Origin: Candidatus Latescibacterota bacterium
GTDB lineage: Bacteria > Latescibacterota > UBA2968
Assembly: GCA_965198115.1 (NCBI GenBank)
Contig: OZ240241.1
Span: forward strand, 2,848,001 to 2,912,000
DNA: 64,000 nt
Direction: 5' to 3'
Positions 59,466 through 64,000 of the stretch are shown here, piece after piece. Made by a program: the position numbers and the translations under genes. How positions within the stretch are numbered: the first letter of the stretch is position 1; each line of letters begins with the position of its first letter. A model generated the notes under the pieces. It was not told the DNA's origin. It was given only the letters and a program-made list of their open reading frames with translations, and ran no database searches.

Positions 59466-61731
59466 TCACTCTATCCAGCTCATATCTTCGCCGCGCACCA
59501 GAAAGGAGCGGTCGTCATAGCGACCGGGCCGCTCGACCTGAATGACGCCGTCTTCCACTGCGACGTCTAGGGGATTGGCCCGGGTCTGCAGAGGCAGCAT
59601 GACGCGCTCGTGGACGCGTGCTGACTCGTAAACGGCCATCATGATTTCGAGGGCGGCCCGGCCGTATTTCGCCTCTCCCGGATAGTCCACTAGTGTCACG
59701 TCCCGCGTATAAGCTTCAAAAGTTTATGGACTTTCTCGAGGATTGAATCTGCCGTGGCGGTCCAGACGAAGGGTGTAGAATTCTCGTTGTAGTGATCAGT
59801 GAATTTCTTGATGCAGGCGATCAGGTCCTTGACGCTTCTGAAGGTGCCTCGTCGAATGGCTCTTTGGGTGATGATACCGAACCAGATCTCTACCTGGTTC
59901 AGCCAGGAGGCATATGTTGGTGTGTAGTGCACGTGATATCGTTTCCGTGAGGCGAGCCAACGCTTGACGTTCGGGTGCTTGTGCGTGCCGTAATTATCGA
60001 CGACCAGATGGATGTCGAGATCCTTTGGGACGTTCTTGTCGATGTGCTTGAGGAACTGAAGGAACTCTTTGTTGCGGTGTCTGGGCTTGCACTGAGTCAG
60101 AACTTTGCCGGATGCGATGTTGAGCGCTGCAAAGAGGGTGGTCGTGCCGTTCCGGATATAGCTGTGAGTGACGCCCTCGACGTATCCGAGACCCAAAGGA
60201 AGAATCGGTTGTGTCCGTTCGAGTGCTTGAATCTGGCTCTTCTCGTCTACACAGAGCACCATCGCGTTGTCCGGTGGGTTCAGGTATAGACCGACGATAT
60301 CCCTGACTTTCTCGACGAAGAAGGGATCGTTCGACAGTTTGAAGTGCTTCTGTCGATGCGGTTGCAGGCCAAAAGCTTTCCATACACGTTGAACCGAGGA
60401 CTTGGAGAGCCCCGTCTCGTCGGCCATCGAACGACAGGTCCAGTGGGTGGCACCCTTCGGTTGCTTCTTGAGCGTCTTGTAGATGAGGGAGGAGATCTCT
60501 TCGTCGCTGACCGACCGTGGCCCTCCAGGACGCAATTCGTCATACAGTCCCATCAAGCCTTGCTCGCAGAAGCGACGACGCCACTTGCCGACAGACGCTC
60601 CGGACAACCCGACTCGTTCCGCGATCTCCTGATTGGTCAGACCGCAATCGCTCATCAAGACGATCTTCGCGCGACGCACCAAAGCGTGAGACATGCTACG
60701 CGAACGAGACAATGACTCGAGTTGATCGTGGACCTCATCACTGATGTTCAGTGGCTGTAACGGACGACCTCTAGCCATCGGTTCCTCCCAAGAATGAGTG
60801 CTTGAGGAACCATACGACAGAATCGAATATTTTTCTAGTTATTCCTGGGACGTGACACTAGTTCTCCCCTTATCCAGGCGCAGATGGCATTGGCCTGGCG
60901 CACGAAGGTGTCGCCATAACCGCCCTCTCCCTCGTCGGAAGGTACTTCCTGCCAGCCAGCCCGTCCTGGCTCCATGTATTTGAGGCTGTCGCCGGCGAGC
61001 TCCATCATGCCATCGGTGCCGTAGATGCTGCAATTGATGCCGCCCCAACCACTCAATTCATTTTCGATGACGCCTTCAACGCCATCGGGGTAGCCGATGA
61101 TGCCGGAACAGCGGTCTTCGACCCGGTGGCCGAAGAGATAGTGGTCGGTCTTGCGCTCGACAGAGCCCATGACCCACTCGGGTTCTGGGTCGCCGAGGAC
61201 GAAGAGCTGGCAGTCCAGGCAGTGCGTACCCCAATTGAGCATGCCCTGGATCACGGTGGACCAGAGCCGGCGCGGCTCACCGATGGCTCCGTCGGCCAGC
61301 AAGCGGCGCGCCTCGTTCCAGCACGAGTAGAAGCGGCGCTGGTGCCCAATGGCGAGCTTAACTTCATTGCGCTGGCAAGCGACGATCATCTCGTCGGCCT
61401 CTCCGAGAGAGCAGGCCATGGGCTTCTCGCTGACGATGGCTCGGGGGCGACGTGCGGCGGCAGCGATCGTCATAGGGGCATGCTGGGGATCCCAGGAGCA
61501 GACGCTGACGATGTCGAGTTGTTCCTTGTCGAGCATCTCGCGATAGTCGAGGTATTGGGACTGGACCTCGAAGTCCCGCGCGTATTCGGCCAGGGCCTGG
61601 GGATGGGTATCAGCAATGGCGACGATCTCAGTGTGTTCGCACTCGCGCCAGCCACGGCCGTGCTCGCGGGCGATGCGGCCGCTGGCGATGACGCCTACGC
61701 GAAATCTGTCACTCACATCATTTTCCTCCAA
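59466..61731 (-). pseudogene. Gfo/Idh/MocA oxidoreductase interrupted by IS630
   Basis: VGVIASGRIA, SEKPMA, GHQRRF; ...IRGEL|VDYPGEAKYGRAALE rejoins across the CTAG target. Confidence 0.9.
59693..60858 (-). mobile_element. IS630-family type A copy 2 (transposase 59696..60778)
   Basis: Near-identical to 35512-36677; TA duplication. Confidence 0.95.
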
Positions 61732-61930
61732 AGTGGGAAGGGATTAGCGCGAAAGACCTTAGGACGCATTCAGGCTGCGATGGTAGGCAGAAATTACGGC
61801 ACTGTCAAAGCCGAGTCGGATCTTGCGGTGGGACAGTCCGTTGACCAGACGCTTTTATCATTCCTAGACTTGCATTTACTTGGTTGCTGCGGTCACCCAC
61901 AAGATCCGAGAGAAGAGCGAGGAGAAAGTC

Positions 61931-62866
61931 ATGGATATCAGCTTTTCCACGACGGCGGGTGCGGAAAATACGTGGAGTCTGGAGGAGTGTGCCACGTGGG
62001 CGAAGGAGCACGACTTCGACTGCGTGCGGCTCACGGACAGCGGGGTCCTGGATTCGGAGCTGGTTCTGAAGCAAGGACGGGCGGATGAGGTGAAGGAGAC
62101 GCTGGCCGGACGCGATCTCTACTTGTCCTGCATCTCCGCTCACTGCAATCTGCTCGACGACGACGCCGAGATCCGAGAGGCGGAGTCGACGCGGCTGCTC
62201 CGGGCGATCCAGACGGCACGGGCGGTGGATTGTCCGGTCATCATCTGCGGCAGTGGGGCGCCGGTGAGGAACGGGCAGTTCTACGGCATGTACTCGTCGC
62301 CGCCGGGAAATGCGTCTGACCGCACCGATGAGCTCGTGGATCGGTACAGCGAGATGTTCGCGCCGATTGCGCGCGCCGCCGAGGAGAACGACATCAGGAT
62401 TGCCCACGACGTGGCGGTGCGCATGGGCAACATCGGCTGCAATCCGGAGATGTGGGACCGCCTACTGCACGCAGTGCCGTCCGATCACATCGGGCTGTCG
62501 TGCGATCCGTCTCACTGGGTGTGGATGATGATCATGCCAGCCGAGGACGTGATCCGCGAATATGCCGGAAAGTGGTACTTCGCCGACGTGAAGGATTGCG
62601 AGGTGAGCTGGCGCATGCTCTACCGCCAGGGCATTATCGGCAACTGGTGGTGGCAGTACCGCGTGCCCGGTCGCGGCGATCTGGACTGGGCCAAGATCAC
62701 GGGTGCCCTCATAGAGTCGGGGTACGACTATGTGCTCTGCGTGGAGAACGAGGACCGGGGCATGCCGGGCCTCGAGGGGCTCGCCTACGGCTGCCGGCAT
62801 CTGCGGGGCTTGCTGCTCAGCCGCGAAGGGCACGAAGCGCCGAGAATTCCCTGGCTGATCCGCTAA
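61931..62866 (+). CDS. Sugar phosphate isomerase/epimerase (xylose-isomerase-like TIM barrel)
   Basis: GLSCDPSH, DVKD, YRVPGRGDLDW, VENED. Confidence 0.85.
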   Translation: MDISFSTTAGAENTWSLEECATWAKEHDFDCVRLTDSGVLDSELVLKQGRADEVKETLAGRDLYLSCISAHCNLLDDDAEIREAESTRLLRAIQTARAVDCPVIICGSGAPVRNGQFYGMYSSPPGNASDRTDELVDRYSEMFAPIARAAEENDIRIAHDVAVRMGNIGCNPEMWDRLLHAVPSDHIGLSCDPSHWVWMMIMPAEDVIREYAGKWYFADVKDCEVSWRMLYRQGIIGNWWWQYRVPGRGDLDWAKITGALIESGYDYVLCVENEDRGMPGLEGLAYGCRHLRGLLLSREGHEAPRIPWLIR

Positions 62867-62967
62867 TGAGTCGGCCGCCGATCCTCTTCCCTGCATCACA
62901 TTGCCATCTATCAACTGAGCTTTCGCTCACGGATGTCCAGAGCTATTAAACCGTTGGGAGGTGGGAG

Positions 62968-63831
62968 ATGGATCGAGTGAGGGTTGGCGTCATCGGGTGC
63001 GGGCACCACGGAAGGGTACACCTCAAGAACTACGTGGAGATTCCCGAGTCCGAGCTGGTCGCGCTCGCGGAGGTGAACCCGGAACGCGCGCGCGAGGCGG
63101 CGGAGTTCGACGTGCCGCACCACTACACGGATTTCCGCGAGATGCTACAGCGGCACACACTGGACGTCGTGAGCGTCGTGACGCCTCCGGTGGCACACCG
63201 TGACGCCGCGGTGGCGGCCTTCGGGGCGGGCGCGAACGTACTAGTGGACAAGCCGTTGGCAATGGACCTCTCCCAGGCGAAGGATATTGTCTGTGCCGCC
63301 AAAGGCGAGCGAAAGCTTCTCTCTATGTGCCTGCAGTTCCGCTGGGATGCAGAGGTGCGTGCGGTGCGCCAGTTTATCGCCGAGGGTAAGCTGGGTCAGG
63401 CATATCATACCCGGATCCTCAGCGGCCACATCATGAATATCCCCGGGTACGGGGTCTTCCATCGGCGCGACCAATCAGGTGGCGGCGTGCTTCACAGCAC
63501 GACGGTTCATTTACTTGACGCGATCCTCTGGGTCCTGGGCAACCCCGAGCCCGTGCGTGCCTCGGGTGCGAACTACCAGAAGGTCAGCAAGATGAAAACT
63601 CCTCTTGTAACCTGGCCCGGGGGCGTCGAGGCGTGCGACATTGAGGACTTCAATCTCGGCCTAGTGCACTTCGCGGACGGATCCACCATGGCGCTCGAGA
63701 GCAATTGGCTGACCCACCCCGGTCCCGCGAGTCCCTATGCACAGATCCTGGGCGACTGGGGCGTGGCGAGGCTGGGTCCTCTGTGTATCGAGCTGGAGGA
63801 CGGTGACAGGATCGTGGATGTTGCGCCTTAG
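62968..63831 (+). pseudogene. Gfo/Idh/MocA oxidoreductase truncated by IS insertion
   Basis: VGVIGCG, DKPLA, SGGGVL; the stop codon is created by the IS end at TA. Confidence 0.8.
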
Positions 63832-64000
63832 TGCATGGTTGCATAAACATTATTACGTATGTCCTGAACATTATTTGTAGCTTATGTTCTCCTTCAAAAG
63901 GAGGAGAACAATGCCAAGACGTTCGCCTTATGTGGTGCTACTGTCTGAGAAGGAACGGGTCGACCTCGAGCGAATGGCTGGACAATATACGTTATCGTAT
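63831..64000 (+). mobile_element. IS630-like type B element, left end (runs off window)
   Basis: Follows TA; RBS AGGAGG and MPRRSPYVVLLSEKERVDLER; repeated at 32120. Confidence 0.7.

Overview
GC-rich bacterial chromosome segment. The abundance of PhyH-family dioxygenases, Gfo/Idh/MocA oxidoreductases, sugar-isomerase TIM barrels and a TonB receptor suggests a Latescibacterota/Poribacteria-like organism (inference only). The stand-out feature is a compact minus-strand array of 22 CCA-ending tRNA genes plus a Val remnant at 22558-24531. It includes atypical members: Ile(UAU) with C1.A72, Thr(UGU) with a long variable arm, two Leu without a variable arm, and a truncated Leu(AAG). A terminator-like hairpin sits immediately upstream of the array, and a Lys/Arg rare-codon mini-ORF lies inside it, just ahead of tRNA-Lys(UUU) and tRNA-Arg(UCU). 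About 30% of the window is IS DNA from a recent burst (two IS256 types, ISL3, two IS630 types, IS1380, and a two-ORF IS3/IS481-like element with 13-bp duplications). One gene is hit by three different ISs. A ~17-kb inversion (31099-48311) is shown by swapped 13-bp target duplications and two split genes. On the right is a decayed integrative island at tRNA-Val carrying an integrase, xis-like and XRE genes, a primase-helicase and an hsdM fragment. Several single-base frameshifts may be sequencing errors. Protein and IS family assignments are from recognised motifs; no database search was run.
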